A stretch of DNA of 64,000 nt from Mytilus californianus (taxonomy: Eukaryota): NCBI RefSeq assembly GCF_021869535.1, contig NW_026262668.1, positions 55,366,001-55,430,000 of the forward strand, given 5' to 3'. A model generated the notes under the pieces. That model ran no database searches. It was given only the letters and a program-made list of their open reading frames with translations, and was not told where the DNA came from. Both the position numbers and the translations under genes were made by a program. Of this stretch, positions 1 to 11,338 are shown piece by piece (within the stretch, counting starts at the first letter, position 1; each line of letters opens with the position of its first letter).

Positions 1-99
1 TGGCTGATTGCAGGATAAATGTTTTTATTGTCATGTGAACTACTCACTTATCATGAGTTATAGGATAACTATATTTTGTATATTGGATCCTATAATCTA

Positions 100-800
100 C
101 ATGTCCGTCAGACAGGATTCACCTGACCTCGACTGTGGTCATTCATGGATGAAGGTTTAGTTTTGTGGTCATGTTCGTATCGCGGATTCGTTAAGCTATA
201 GGGTAACTGTATGTTGTTATGATTGTAAGGTGTACATTTTCGACTTGCAAGGTTTCAACTAACCTTGACTTCATTATCATGCATCACTGGGCAATGTTTA
301 TTTTTTGTGGTTTGGTCTTTTGCTTATATACCTGTATGCTATAGGGCCACTGTATTTGGTGTATGGTGTACATTTCTGTCTGCATGTTTCATACATGACG
401 TTGACCTCATTTTCATGGTTCATTGGTCTTTGTTAGTTTTCATGGTTTTGTCACTTTATCAGATATTAAAAACAATAGTTCAATTGTATTTGATATAATG
501 AATGATAGTAAGATGTCTATGTCTGGCTGTCGGTCAGGGTTCATATACTTTCGACCTTATGTTCCGAATTAATTGGCCATACATAACTTTTAGATATGTC
601 AGTTTCTAAGGTACTTTAAGCATCAGAACCACTATATTTGGTGTACGGGATGTTTGTACCGGTCTGTATGGCATGGTTCATCTGACCTCGACCTCTTTTT
701 TATGAATCATTGATAATCTTTAGCGTATATGACACTTCTAGTAAAAATTACAGACCTTCAACATATATACTATCATAAGTAAAGCAGACGAGACATTTCA
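100..800. repeat. Degenerate ~140-bp-period tandem repeat (TGACCT(C/T)GACCT motif family)
   Basis: The motif recurs at ~125, ~255, ~400, ~540 and ~685. A related array lies at 53215-53640. Confidence 0.55.
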
Positions 801-3409
801 GCATTTGCGCTATGGTATTCTTTAGTTTGTAATATATAGATATCTCATTGGCAATCATTCCACATCTGCTACGTTGTATATAAAGATACATAGAACTTAA
901 GAAAGTACTGTTACACAAAAGGTCGGTTATCGTTCAATCTCAAATTGTTAATGAAAGATGCTGTTTTCGCTATTAGATATAGTAGATGGTTAACTTTTTG
1001 GTTTAAGCGTTGCATACCCATATTATTGGCTAAATAGTGGCGGTAAGTAAATAGGTCTGCCTGAATTGTACTAGACCGATTCTCAGAGCTGAATTTTTCA
1101 CACGCGAACTGAAAAAGGTATGATATCGCTAGACATGCTAATGCAGATTCAGTAAAAGTTGTAACAATTGAGAATAGAACTTAATCGGTTAAATTACAGT
1201 TCAAGGTTGGCATCCCAGTCGAACAACGTTGAATGATAAGTTGGGTACACTGACGTATAGCTATTGTGAAAAGACTGAACAAACAATTAATTAGAAATAA
1301 TTTATTTTTGTACCTTTTTAGTTTGTGTCAGCGCAGCCACGAAATAACAATAGATTTGTCAATACTATGTATGCACGAACGACACTCCACATAACTGAAA
1401 GTAACAACCCTTACAAAAAAATGCGTACACATGCATATATAGATACATATATACCTTTACTTTTCGACAATGTACGCTCCTGGAGGACTTCAATTTTGGA
1501 ATCAACTGGTCTAGACACGTTTTTAGTTATTTTGTTAACCTTCGAGGTAAAGGGTTGAATTTAAAAAAAAAATGAAAGTTTTAATGTTCAAATTAGTTAC
1601 ACGCTTCAACCAGTTGTAAGTATATCAAATGGTAAAAGAAATATTGATTTCTGATTACTAAGTCTGGTCACGCATTGTCTTTCACGATCAAAATAATGCG
1701 TTGCCTGATCTTTCACGATCGAGTTAACTTTGATGAAAAATCAACAAACTCAAGGTTTTCATAAACAAATGAACGGTTTCAAGGGAAGATCATACTTTTA
1801 TTTTACTCTACTATCGGACACACCAAAGATTAAGTTTCAAATTTATCATGATATATTGGAATATGAATCTTATAGACATGTATTGCGCCTTTTGTGTTTT
1901 CTCATAAAGTAATGCATATTTTCTTTATCTTATTGCACAGTAATGTTGAGAAACTTGAATCATTTTGACAGACATATTTTTTTCGGATTTGTTCCGCGTT
2001 TTGAAAATTTAGCGATTTTTTCACAGATTTTGAAGTCGAATTTACATTTAATTACATTCACGATCCGATACAAGATTTTTCACGATTCAATCGCAATGCT
2101 TGACCACCGTTAGGTATTCTTTCACGATCATTTCTCTCGATAAACCGAATGACACCCGTGATAAGAACTTCGATGGGATGTTAATATTTCTTAAGTCAAA
2201 CAATTTCTCCAATTTTAAAATGTCTGAAAAAAGGAGTTATTTGGCATGCATGTCTATCTGCTTAGTATATCCGTCAGGGTACAATGAAAATCAAAATGTT
2301 TATCTCGTGTAATATTGAACCATTTTTAATCTTTTTTGTAGGAAATGAACAGGTAAAGGGGTAAAAGCGAAATAAGACATCAGGCACTATGAGAAGAGAG
2401 GGATCGGATATACACCGAGGACACATCAATGATCATGTATAACCTTCACTCTGTTCAATCTATCGCCAAATGGTTGGGTCTACGTAAGCATCGTTTTAAT
2501 CAAGAAGTTTTAGTCCTACAATAGACATTTTTGAGAACTGCAGGTTTACTTCATTCTTAGAAAAATATATGTATAAGCGTCACATGTCTATGTTTTGTGT
2601 TGTTTTTGGTAAGAAATCCTTTAGGTACAAATTGTTCATGACATTGTTTATTTCACTAAAAGTCATTTTTCCGAATAATTGAACTATTAGCGCTATTCAT
2701 GTTTAAATAAAACTTCTGCCCTCTCTTAAAAACACGAATTTCTGAATTGTGGAGCAATGGTATATACGTTTCTTTTACTGCTATTAATCCCTCAATCATT
2801 TTAATCTTTTAACTGCGTGATAAAACTTATTCTAAATACATGTGCAACTTTCTTCTCATCCTGAAAAAAAAATATTATGTCATACTTTATATATATGTAA
2901 GTATATATTTCTATCATTGTCAATGCTATATATATATGCTTGTGATATTTCAACAACATGACCTATGTCATGAAGAATCTTTAGATTTTCTGGAGTTATA
3001 CATTTTTTACGTCTTCAAAAGATTACTAAAGGTAACAAAATATGATGTTTTCGTGATATTTGAACATTATGTTTCATTAAAATGTATATCTAATAATGTT
3101 TTTATTCTTTTTGGATGTAATGATGCTTTGCAATTTAATTGTTATCGATTTTACTCTTTTAATCCAAGATATTTGGAGGTCAAAAATGGGTATCGATGCG
3201 TTGAAAGGGCTTATGGGAACCGATTATTTAAAAGGACTAATGGGACCGACAGTTTTTTTTTAATTTAAGGTCGGATTTAAATGCAGTTTATCCCATTTTA
3301 TCTCACGATGTACCATGTCTGTAGTTGTCATTGGCAACCAGTATAAGCAAGTCATAATTTGAGAAAGGCATAACCGTAAGTCAAACAGGGAGGACAAATT
3401 AAATGTCAA

Positions 3410-4378
3410 ACAAAGAAATAAAATTGAGAATGGAAATGGGAAATGTGTCAAAGAGACAACAACCCGTATCGAAGAGCAGAAAACAGCCGAAGGCCACCAA
3501 TGGGTCTTCAACACAGCGAGAAAATCCCGTTCCCGGAGAATGGCTTCAGCTGGCCCCTAAACAAAAATGTATACTAGTTCAGTGAACATGGACGTCATAC
3601 TATACTCCAAAACATATAAAAAAACTAAAATTAAAAAAACATACAAGACTAACAAAGGCCAGAGGCTCCTGACTTGGGACAGGCGCAAAAATGCGGCGGG
3701 GTTAAACATGTTTTGTGAGATCTAAACCCTCCCCCTTTTACCTCCAGCCAATGTAGAATAAATAAACAATTACGCAGCAATACGCATAGTAAAACTCAGT
3801 TTTAAAGAAGTCCGCGTCCGATGTCAGAATAGGTAACAAAAGAAACTAAGCAAAATGACAATGATACATAAATTAACAAAGGACTAGCAGTGTCTGACAT
3901 GCCAGCTCCAGACCTCAATTAAACTGATTGAAAGATTATGTCTTATCATATGAAAAGCAAGCACAATCCTTCTCGTTAGGGGTTTAGTATCATACCATCA
4001 TAAAATATATGAGAAGAACATAACCCGTATCATGCCAACAACTGGTTTTAGAATAAATGTGTTTATTTTCGATGCAAAGACCCTATGAGTGAATCAATAT
4101 TAATACCAAAATATGCCATCTTTAATGACCTGACAGCAGTATCGTAATTATATCCCTTCTGAATAAGTCTGTTTAAAGGTTTGGTAAGCTTTTGAGGTGA
4201 ATGGCGACATTTTTGTGCTTTGTATAGAATATTACCATAAAAGATTGCATGTGAAATACCTGCACGTATAAGATGTCTGCATGTTGATTTATATTTACGA
4301 ATGATAGATATAAGAAGATGTGGTATGAGTGCCAATGAGACAACTCTCTATCCAAGTCACAATTTATAAAAAAATAAA
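3410..4378. mobile_element. Composite bivalve dispersed repeat with a Penelope-like C-terminal ORF relic
   Basis: Starts with the AATAAAATTGAGAATGGAAATGGG head. Minus ORF 4063-4335 (GISHAIFYGNILYKAQKC) resembles the C-terminus of bivalve PLE-type RT elements (from recall). Ends in a truncated GATGTGGTATGAGTGCCAATGAGACAACTC repeat. Confidence 0.55.
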
Positions 4379-4379
4379 C

Positions 4380-4630
4380 ACTGCAAGGTGTGCGGTGCCA
4401 AGAAGTCTCAGTTTGTTGCTACAACCGGTGTAGGGTTCATGAACAAACTAATCAACCAATTATCCATGGAAATGCATCTGCCCAGCACAAGGATACAACC
4501 GCACGCAACTCCATCTGTGATAAAGCTATATTAGCCTCGCTCAACACCATTCCCAACCCTATCACACGCGAACGCATGGCCCGCAGCATCGTCGGACCCA
4601 TCATCGGTACCAAAGCTCGATTTGGTCCAA
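4380..4630 (+). pseudogene. Polinton small-ORF remnants: CxxC-KS-F (DUF5679-like) fused to a deleted PLA2X-like ORF
   Basis: HCKVCGAKKSQFV; GFMNKLINQLSMEMHLP joined out of frame to AQHKDTTARNSICDKA...IVGPIIGTKARFG. The central catalytic segment expected in this family is absent. Confidence 0.55.
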
Positions 4631-5580
4631 TTTGGTCTAAAAAAAAAAGTTCGCTGGACCGATGATTTAGCTGAGGAGTTGCACAAACCTGTTCGACGCA
4701 AGTTTCAGAAACGCCGTGTGGTAGTGAGTGGTGTGGATGAGACCTGGGCGGCCGACCTTGTTGATATGAGTGCCTTTTCCAGGGACAACAAGGGAAATAA
4801 GTTCATCCTGAGCATCATCGATGTCTTCTCCAAATATGGCTGGTTGATACCACTCAAAAACAAGAAGGGGGTGACGGTGCGGGATGCCTTTCAAGTGGTG
4901 TTCAAGGAGCGTGTTCCCAAGAAGCTTTGGACATACAAAGGCACTGAGTTTTACAACAAGGATGTAAAGCAGCTGCTCCAAAAGCATGATATTGAGCTCT
5001 ACTCCACCGAGAATGAGGAGAAGTCGAGTATTGATGAGCGCTGGAATCGCACCATGAAAGAGAAGATGTTCAAACATTTCTCAGCCAACTCTACACGCAC
5101 CTACTTCAATGTTTTGGATGATCTTGTTCGCCAGTACAACACCACCAAACATAGATCCATTTAAATGACTCCTGTGATTGCAAGCCTCAAGAAACATGAA
5201 AACAAGGTGTATTGGAATTTGTATGGAAACCTCCCTCCCATACAGCAGGCACGGTTTCGTATAGGTGATAAGGTTCGAATTACCAAGAAGAAAGGCACAT
5301 TTGAGAAGGGTTACACACCGCGCTGGACCGAGGAAGTTTTCGAGGTGTCTTTCCACCCAGCCGACCACTTATCATCTCAAGGATTTAAATGAGGAAGAAA
5401 TTCAGGGATCCTTCTATGAGCCCGAACTTCAGAAGACTGATCAGGACGTCTACCGCATAGAAAAGATCCTCCGCAGGCAAACCAAGAACAGGATTAATGA
5501 GGTTTGTGTGGAAGGGTTATCCTGCAGAGTTTAACTCTTGGATCAAAGAGTCAGATGTACAACAGTATCAAGTTTCAAAC
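4622..5580 (+). pseudogene. INT: Polinton retroviral-like integrase with C-terminal chromodomain
   Basis: LAEELHKPVRRKF, WAADLVDM, LWTYKGTEFYN (second catalytic D changed to Y), ERWNRTMK. Premature TAA at 5162-5164 (expected RSIKMTP). Frameshifts lead into VYRIEKILRR and VWKGYPAEFNSWI. Confidence 0.93.
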
Positions 5581-5620
5581 TTTCCCATCCTTTCAATCAG
5601 GACGGGAAAGGTTGTTGAGG

Positions 5621-6144
5621 TTACCCCAAGAGTTCCTTAATCCTATCAATGTGTTTATCCTCTTCAGACGCAGTATCAAGCTCGCGCCGTGACCTTCCTC
5701 TCTTAATCTTCTTTTCGAGATCGTTTATCTTACCGGTGAGGCTCATGACAAGTTCCTGCCAGTTCTTTGCGTACCAGCCTTTAGTCACAGGTTCATTGGC
5801 CGATTTTGGAGTTGGGAGATTGGTGATTGGGTATCCCAGCATATCTATTTCACCATTTACCCCTCCCCAGTCGAAGGCAAGCACTTCGCCACATCTTTCT
5901 CGATGCCGTTTAAACATTTCTTTTCCACCTGAAGCTCTTTCGAGATTGCTTCGAGCGCAGCCTCCAGATCATTGATGTCTTTTATACCATCTTTCAACTG
6001 TTAGGTCACCCACCGTTTTGTCACAGCATCCGAGCTGTTCTTGGGATATCCTAGGCTAATAATGCGATTATCGTTCATATCTAAATCCTGCAGCATTCGC
6101 AAAAGGGTTGCGCGCTTTCTTGCACGAGATCCAAACTTATCAAT
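5621..6144 (-). pseudogene. Polinton ORF with fibre/adhesin-like repeats
   Basis: ATT-GAT-AAG-TTT-GGA (MDKFG-like start, ATG lost). Two DM-x3-I-x2-L-x2-P-x4-(D/E)-x-VTK repeats. In-frame TAA at 6001-6003 and one frameshift. Confidence 0.55.
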
Positions 6145-6549
6145 TTATTTATAGAGTGAGAAGATTGTATCTTCCGGCGATTTTCCAGTCGCCAACACTT
6201 TCAACACGAATAGGCAAAAGTGACCACACACCACCGAGCCTCGCTGTTGTAATTCATCGGTGCTATATCGAATTTCAGGCTGTAAATAGTTCACCATTTC
6301 TGCAGGCGGTGGCAATCCATAAGAGTCGAAGTAATAATTTTTCGGCCCGCGCTTACACCAACAAGTCCAATGTGTTCCAGGACCCTCCCAGCTATCATGA
6401 TTCAAGATTCCACATTCGATGCGGCGCGGGCTGGCTGGTAGGGTATCTCGCATAAACACCCCTCTAAAACTTGGGATTCCTAGGGCTGTGACGGCTCTCT
6501 CCAATTCCTTATTCGACAGAGGCTTGTGGGGGAGAACTAAATTGTGCAC
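6145..6549 (-). CDS. PRO: Adenain-like (adenoviral-type) cysteine maturation protease
   Basis: GTHW, YFDSYG and QQRGSVVCGHFC catalytic motifs are intact. The ORF starts at GTG, so the true ATG may be lost. Confidence 0.88.
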   Translation of the reverse strand: MHNLVLPHKPLSNKELERAVTALGIPSFRGVFMRDTLPASPRRIECGILNHDSWEGPGTHWTCWCKRGPKNYYFDSYGLPPPAEMVNYLQPEIRYSTDELQQRGSVVCGHFCLFVLKVLATGKSPEDTIFSLYK

Positions 6550-6600
6550 CTCGAGCTATTTCTTTTTTTTTTCTGAGTTTTACCCATACTGCAGGCGATG

Positions 6601-9600
6601 TTACTCCTCAATTTTATAATGTCCGTGAGCAAAGGTGTTAATTCCATCGGGGAGAATGTGTTGCTTGGTATCTTTGGCCGAGAGAGCGACTTTGTTAATT
6701 TCCTGGGTGTAGATCTGATGGCGGTAACTTCGGAAAATATTCATCGGTCGGTATATTTCCTGCTGGGTGTCAAGATATCTCTTATAGTTGTCAAAGGTAA
6801 TATGCTGCTTGATTACAGCCTTTGTAACTCCCTTTGCTTTAGTGGTAGTGTCTCCCATCATCCATTTTGTACGCATATAATTTTGGTCGAAGTCCCACGA
6901 AGCCAGTCATACTCTTACCACCACATTCGTCCTTAAACATTCCAATTATCTTCTTGTTGACGCCGGATGGAATTCCTGAAGGGTGATCGGCTGGATAGTT
7001 CGAGGTATCGAATTTTTCCTGAACGTGGGGGGGTAATATCTTTGTAAAAATCCTCGGTCTGAATTTCAAAGGCTATCTGTATCGGTAAACAACAGCCGGG
7101 CGTTATCACCATACATCTCCTGTATGAAACCGTAATGGAATTTATACATCAGGAGCTTTGAGATGTCTAGGATACATGCTCCCAAGTAGACTGGCTTGTC
7201 AAATTTCAGCTTGGTTCTTTTCATGTGAACGGCTGCCAGATTTTCATTGAATATGACCCGGCGATCAACATTGGGCTTGAACACTAGTTTTAGGGCTTGT
7301 TTTTCACTGTTCACCAGTCGAACATCAACCCTCTTTCGAATATTCTACATCGTTTTTCCAAACACTGACTTATTCATGAGTTTGTAAAAATCCTTCTCAG
7401 CATCGCTTGTAGCCTGAGCTCTGAGTTCGGTATTTAGGTCAATATACGGTTTGAGCCATGGGGATTGTTCAAATCTGATGATCCGATGAACCTTTTTCAA
7501 GATCATTTCCTGGGAGATATAGTATTGTAGGTTCTGAAGATGAAGGATATACTTTTCACGTTTGTCCAGATGAGGTACCAATTTACGAACTCCGTCGATT
7601 TCCATGGCTTCCGGCGTGAGAGGGTAGTCGTTATGGCTATCGTGAAGGCGTTGAGGATATTCCATATCACTTTCTAATAGCGCCGAATATTTATGATCTG
7701 CTGAATATTCCATATCACTTTCTAATACCGCCGAATATTTATGATCTGCTGGATATTTTAACATCTCATCAATCTCTTCTGGATCTGCCCATTCAAACCC
7801 TCCTGTGGGAAGGGGTTGTGCTATAGCTCACCCATATAAATTGTTTTCATCTAGGTAGGTCATAAACTTGGTTGGCTGCGATGGATCGTAATTGCTCATA
7901 TATGGATTATTAGCCTTTCCGAGTCGGTGAGATATCATGGCCGCACCTCCCCCAGTCGCATTTTCGAACATCAACAGCATATCTGGATCGGCCAGAAGTT
8001 CCAGTCGGAACCTGGTGTATTTTTGCATCGCTTCGTAAGATAGCCATGGGGATGTGAAATAGTGTGCGGGATCGAGCTTGTGCGTTTTCATACAGTTATC
8101 CCTGAAATTCTCGAAAATATCTTCTAGTAAGGCTACATCACTTTCCAAGTAAAGATTGTGATAATCTCGCATCGACCTGCAACTAAATTCCTTGAACACC
8201 AGCTGGGGTTGGGCGTAATCTTCATTGGAAATATGTTCACCGCTGAGTTTATTGAAAAACGCCTCCTTAGGTGGTAGCTCTGTTTCCTCCAGCTTGGTGG
8301 GGCTATCTACATAATCGTATGGATATACTCCCTTCCTAATCATCAGTTCGGTGTGATCACCAAAACACTTTTGCGTTGCCTTGAATTTATCCTTGGTCAG
8401 ATTCTTTGCCAAGTCTTCGATGGAGGAGAGTAGGAATCGCATGGAGTCAATAAACCTCATCTCGATATCTCCAACCTTCTTGGAGAAGCTGATATATTTT
8501 TCATTGGTGTTGGGGATACAGTTAATCTTTACTTCCCCGAATCCTAATTCCCTCACGAATAAATGGGCATCATACCCACTCAAATTATGAAATACGATGG
8601 GGACAAATTTGGGTAGCTGAAACGCTAAATTACACTCATTGTGTGCTGCACCTTGATATTTACCAGTAAGATGATTGTGATCCCGAACCTTATCCCCACC
8701 ATGCAAAGTGTTACCACAAATGTGACAGAGTGTGATCGCCGCAAAATTCTCATTATCTTCATCCGTCATTACCATCGCAATTTTGGTTTCATAGGTTTTG
8801 GCAATTTCTCCGATTTCCTTTTTCATACACTCCACGAATTTCTTGGCTGCATCTTCTCCACAGTAAACGACTGAATCTTTGTCACCGTGGACATATTTTA
8901 TGCGGTGGCAGAATCCAGATGGCTGGTGCAGCTGATATGCCTTGGTGTAGGCTCGCGATGGATCTGACTGGCAGGTGTCCATCTTTTCCGTAAAGCACTC
9001 AAAATCTGCATAGATTATGAATGGAACCCTCATCTGGCGTTGGTGGTTTTGGAAACTGATGAAGGTTCCTTCTTCCGGCATCTCGATTCTGACCGGCTTT
9101 TTCTGGCTACAATATTCCATATGCTCGTCTAGGATGTCCTGTCTGGTGAAGTGACACAGACACTTGCGGCAGAAGAATGCTTCTCCATTATGACTTGTCA
9201 CCTGAGACGACAAAAGGCTTAATAAGCTCTTGATCCAGCAGTAATGTTGTTTGTTATCTCTGGTCAAAAACAGGAGATCTACGTGTTGTGTGCCAGTATT
9301 CTTGGAAATTCTCAAAGGGTATAGTTTGATATCTTCTTCCTCATCTTCTCCTTTCTTCACACCATCAAAGCCAAAAACGTTGATATTTAAGTCTGAATTT
9401 TGCCGCTCAAATTTATCAATGGCCTTAAGCGATACCGCGAAATCAATCCCATCAAAATTAAGATCATTTTCCCACTTCTTATATTGGTTCAGTCGGTAGG
9501 CGTGATTTTTATCCACCTCATTTTCATGTAGGGCTGACAGCAACGCCTACTGGAAGCAACGATTATCTTCATTCCTAACATTTACGATTGCCTTCTTTTT

Positions 9601-10303
9601 TGCCAGTTCTGATGGGGTTGGTATGAATGAGCTGCCGGCGAATGGTTTGAATTTGTTCAAGTGAATTTCTAACTGATCGATCTTTCCAAATGTCCATCCA
9701 CTACCTTCTCGCATGTATTTTGCCAAATTTTCCTTAACCTTCTCTGCGGGAAATCTCGAAATCAAGGTCTGATGATTGGGTGATTGTAACCTGATATGAT
9801 TTGAAGATGGGATATACGTAGATATTCTCTCCGGTTGCAGGGTTTGATTTCACTAACTCTACTGTTAATGCTATTTGCACCTTCAATGCTTTCTTTTGGG
9901 TGACGGTACTTTTGATTTCATTGGAAATGGTTCCTCGGCTGATCTGGAAAAACGTTTCCAAATCATGCTGCTTGAGTGGTTCAATGGTGACTGTACCAAA
10001 TACACCTTTCAATGCATTGCGTCGGTTGACAATTTTGATTTCCTCTTCGACGGGTGCATTTTCGATATCACGTTTCACCAGCTCAGTCAGAGCAGCCCTC
10101 GCAAGTCGGAAATAGTTGGTGATTCCCCGTCTTTTGGCAATGGTCTTCAGTTCCTTTTTGGTGAAAACCTCTTCACGGGTAAACTTGTGGGCGGTTTTGT
10201 CCTCGATTAACTTTACCAATTCCCCCTTGGGTTTCCTACTGTATCCTTTAAGTCCCTCCTTCTTCGCGATTTCTCGGAGTTCTTTCATGGTGGCTTTCAC
10301 CAT
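6601..10303 (-). pseudogene. pPolB: Protein-primed family B DNA polymerase, fragmented into at least 7 ORFs
   Basis: YLDENNLYG (motif A), KLMNKSVFGKT (B), FTDTDSL (C); exonuclease IYADFE, FHNLSGYDAH, FIDSMRF; EndoVII-like CHIC...VRDHNHLTG...HNECN; C2H2 finger; N-terminal GSGW...KKAIVNVRNEDNRCF; two Rho-N-like motifs at the N-terminus. Confidence 0.93.
7657..7752. repeat. 48-bp in-frame tandem duplication inside pPolB
   Basis: The ATATTCCATATCACTTTCTAATA...GATCTGCTG unit starts at 7657 and 7705; translates as YPADHKYSAVLESDME / YSADHKYSALLESDME. Confidence 0.9.
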
Positions 10304-10327
10304 GATGTTCCCTCCGACTGGGGTATC

Positions 10328-10591
10328 CTATTCCTCCTCCTGCTGGCGTGGTTCTTTACTGTGTCTCCAACAAAACCCATCTTTTCCTGGTTTACTCTTG
10401 CAGAACTGTCCCTTTTTCCTTTTCAGTGGAGCGCCACAAGTTTTGGGTTCTTCATTCTCAAAAATGAAATCTTTGATCTGATCCATATCAACACTATTGG
10501 ATGCCATCTCTTTATTTATATCAATTGGAGGGGTGCTTCCTTCTAAGGTGTTTGGGGCTGGGGTATCTCTGACGTTTTGTACGAAAGCCAT
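10328..10591 (-). CDS. Small Polinton ORF with a putative C-x11-C-x9-C-x2-H zinc finger
   Basis: CGAPLKRKKGQFCKSKPGKDGFCWRH. ATG start, co-oriented directly upstream of pPolB. Confidence 0.55.
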   Translation of the reverse strand: MAFVQNVRDTPAPNTLEGSTPPIDINKEMASNSVDMDQIKDFIFENEEPKTCGAPLKRKKGQFCKSKPGKDGFCWRHSKEPRQQEEE

Positions 10592-11338
10592 ATTTTGTAT
10601 CTACCCTAGGATTACATCCCCTTTAAGGCGTCTCTATAATTGTTTATAAAAAGCCATATTTTTGTTTTTACCCTTAGACTAGTTGAAACACAATGAATTT
10701 ACACTTTATGTTTGAGGTTGGGGTCCCTATGCAGGATTTGTGCTTAAAATTGGGGGGTGGTGTAGAACTCTCATTTTTACACTACTTTGAGAGAAATGAC
10801 AAAAGAGTACCCCTTGGTGTTTGTCATATCAAATCTGCTTTATTTACATTTTGGCGCAAAAAACGCAATTCATAACTTCCCCAATACTTTTTTTTTATCT
10901 TCTTTATTCAATTAAGGACAGAAATTCAAGTAACTGTGATATATAGTATCGCCTATTCTAGACGATCCCATTCTTATTGTTAGTCGTTTTTAAAGACTTT
11001 ATATTGTATAAATATATACAAGTTTTAACTTTCTAAAAAGCTTTGGAGTGTCATACTCAGTTTAGTTGAGATGTGGTTTATGTGGTTGTTTAAGTATAGA
11101 AAGGTGTTTTCTATCTTCATGTGTATATAAGCGTACGTGCGATATTAAACATCCGTCTTCGATGGGACGTATTATGGTATATCGTAGTCCGCCCGTCCGC
11201 ATTTGTACACAATCTCTTTTGTTTTTTTTTTCCAATTCTTAAAAACATTTTACGCAACATTAGGAATGAGCGAAAATTATCCTATCGATTTAAGAATTCG
11301 TATGTGATTTCATTCCAGAGTAAGATTTTGGAATGACA

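Larger units (their letters stand above)
4380..10700. mobile_element. Decayed, internally deleted Polinton/Maverick (adintovirus-like) element
   Basis: Integrase, adenain protease and pPolB are co-located. The block is visibly more GC-rich than its flanks and carries many stops and frameshifts. No TIRs, MCP or packaging ATPase were recognised. Confidence 0.92.

Noticed and set aside
2340-2560. Possible decayed exon (SIAKWLGLRKHR)
   Set aside because: Several stops and no family recognised with confidence.
10700-10900. Polinton terminal inverted repeat
   Set aside because: No AG/AGT-repeat terminus, and no matching sequence at the other end of the fragment.
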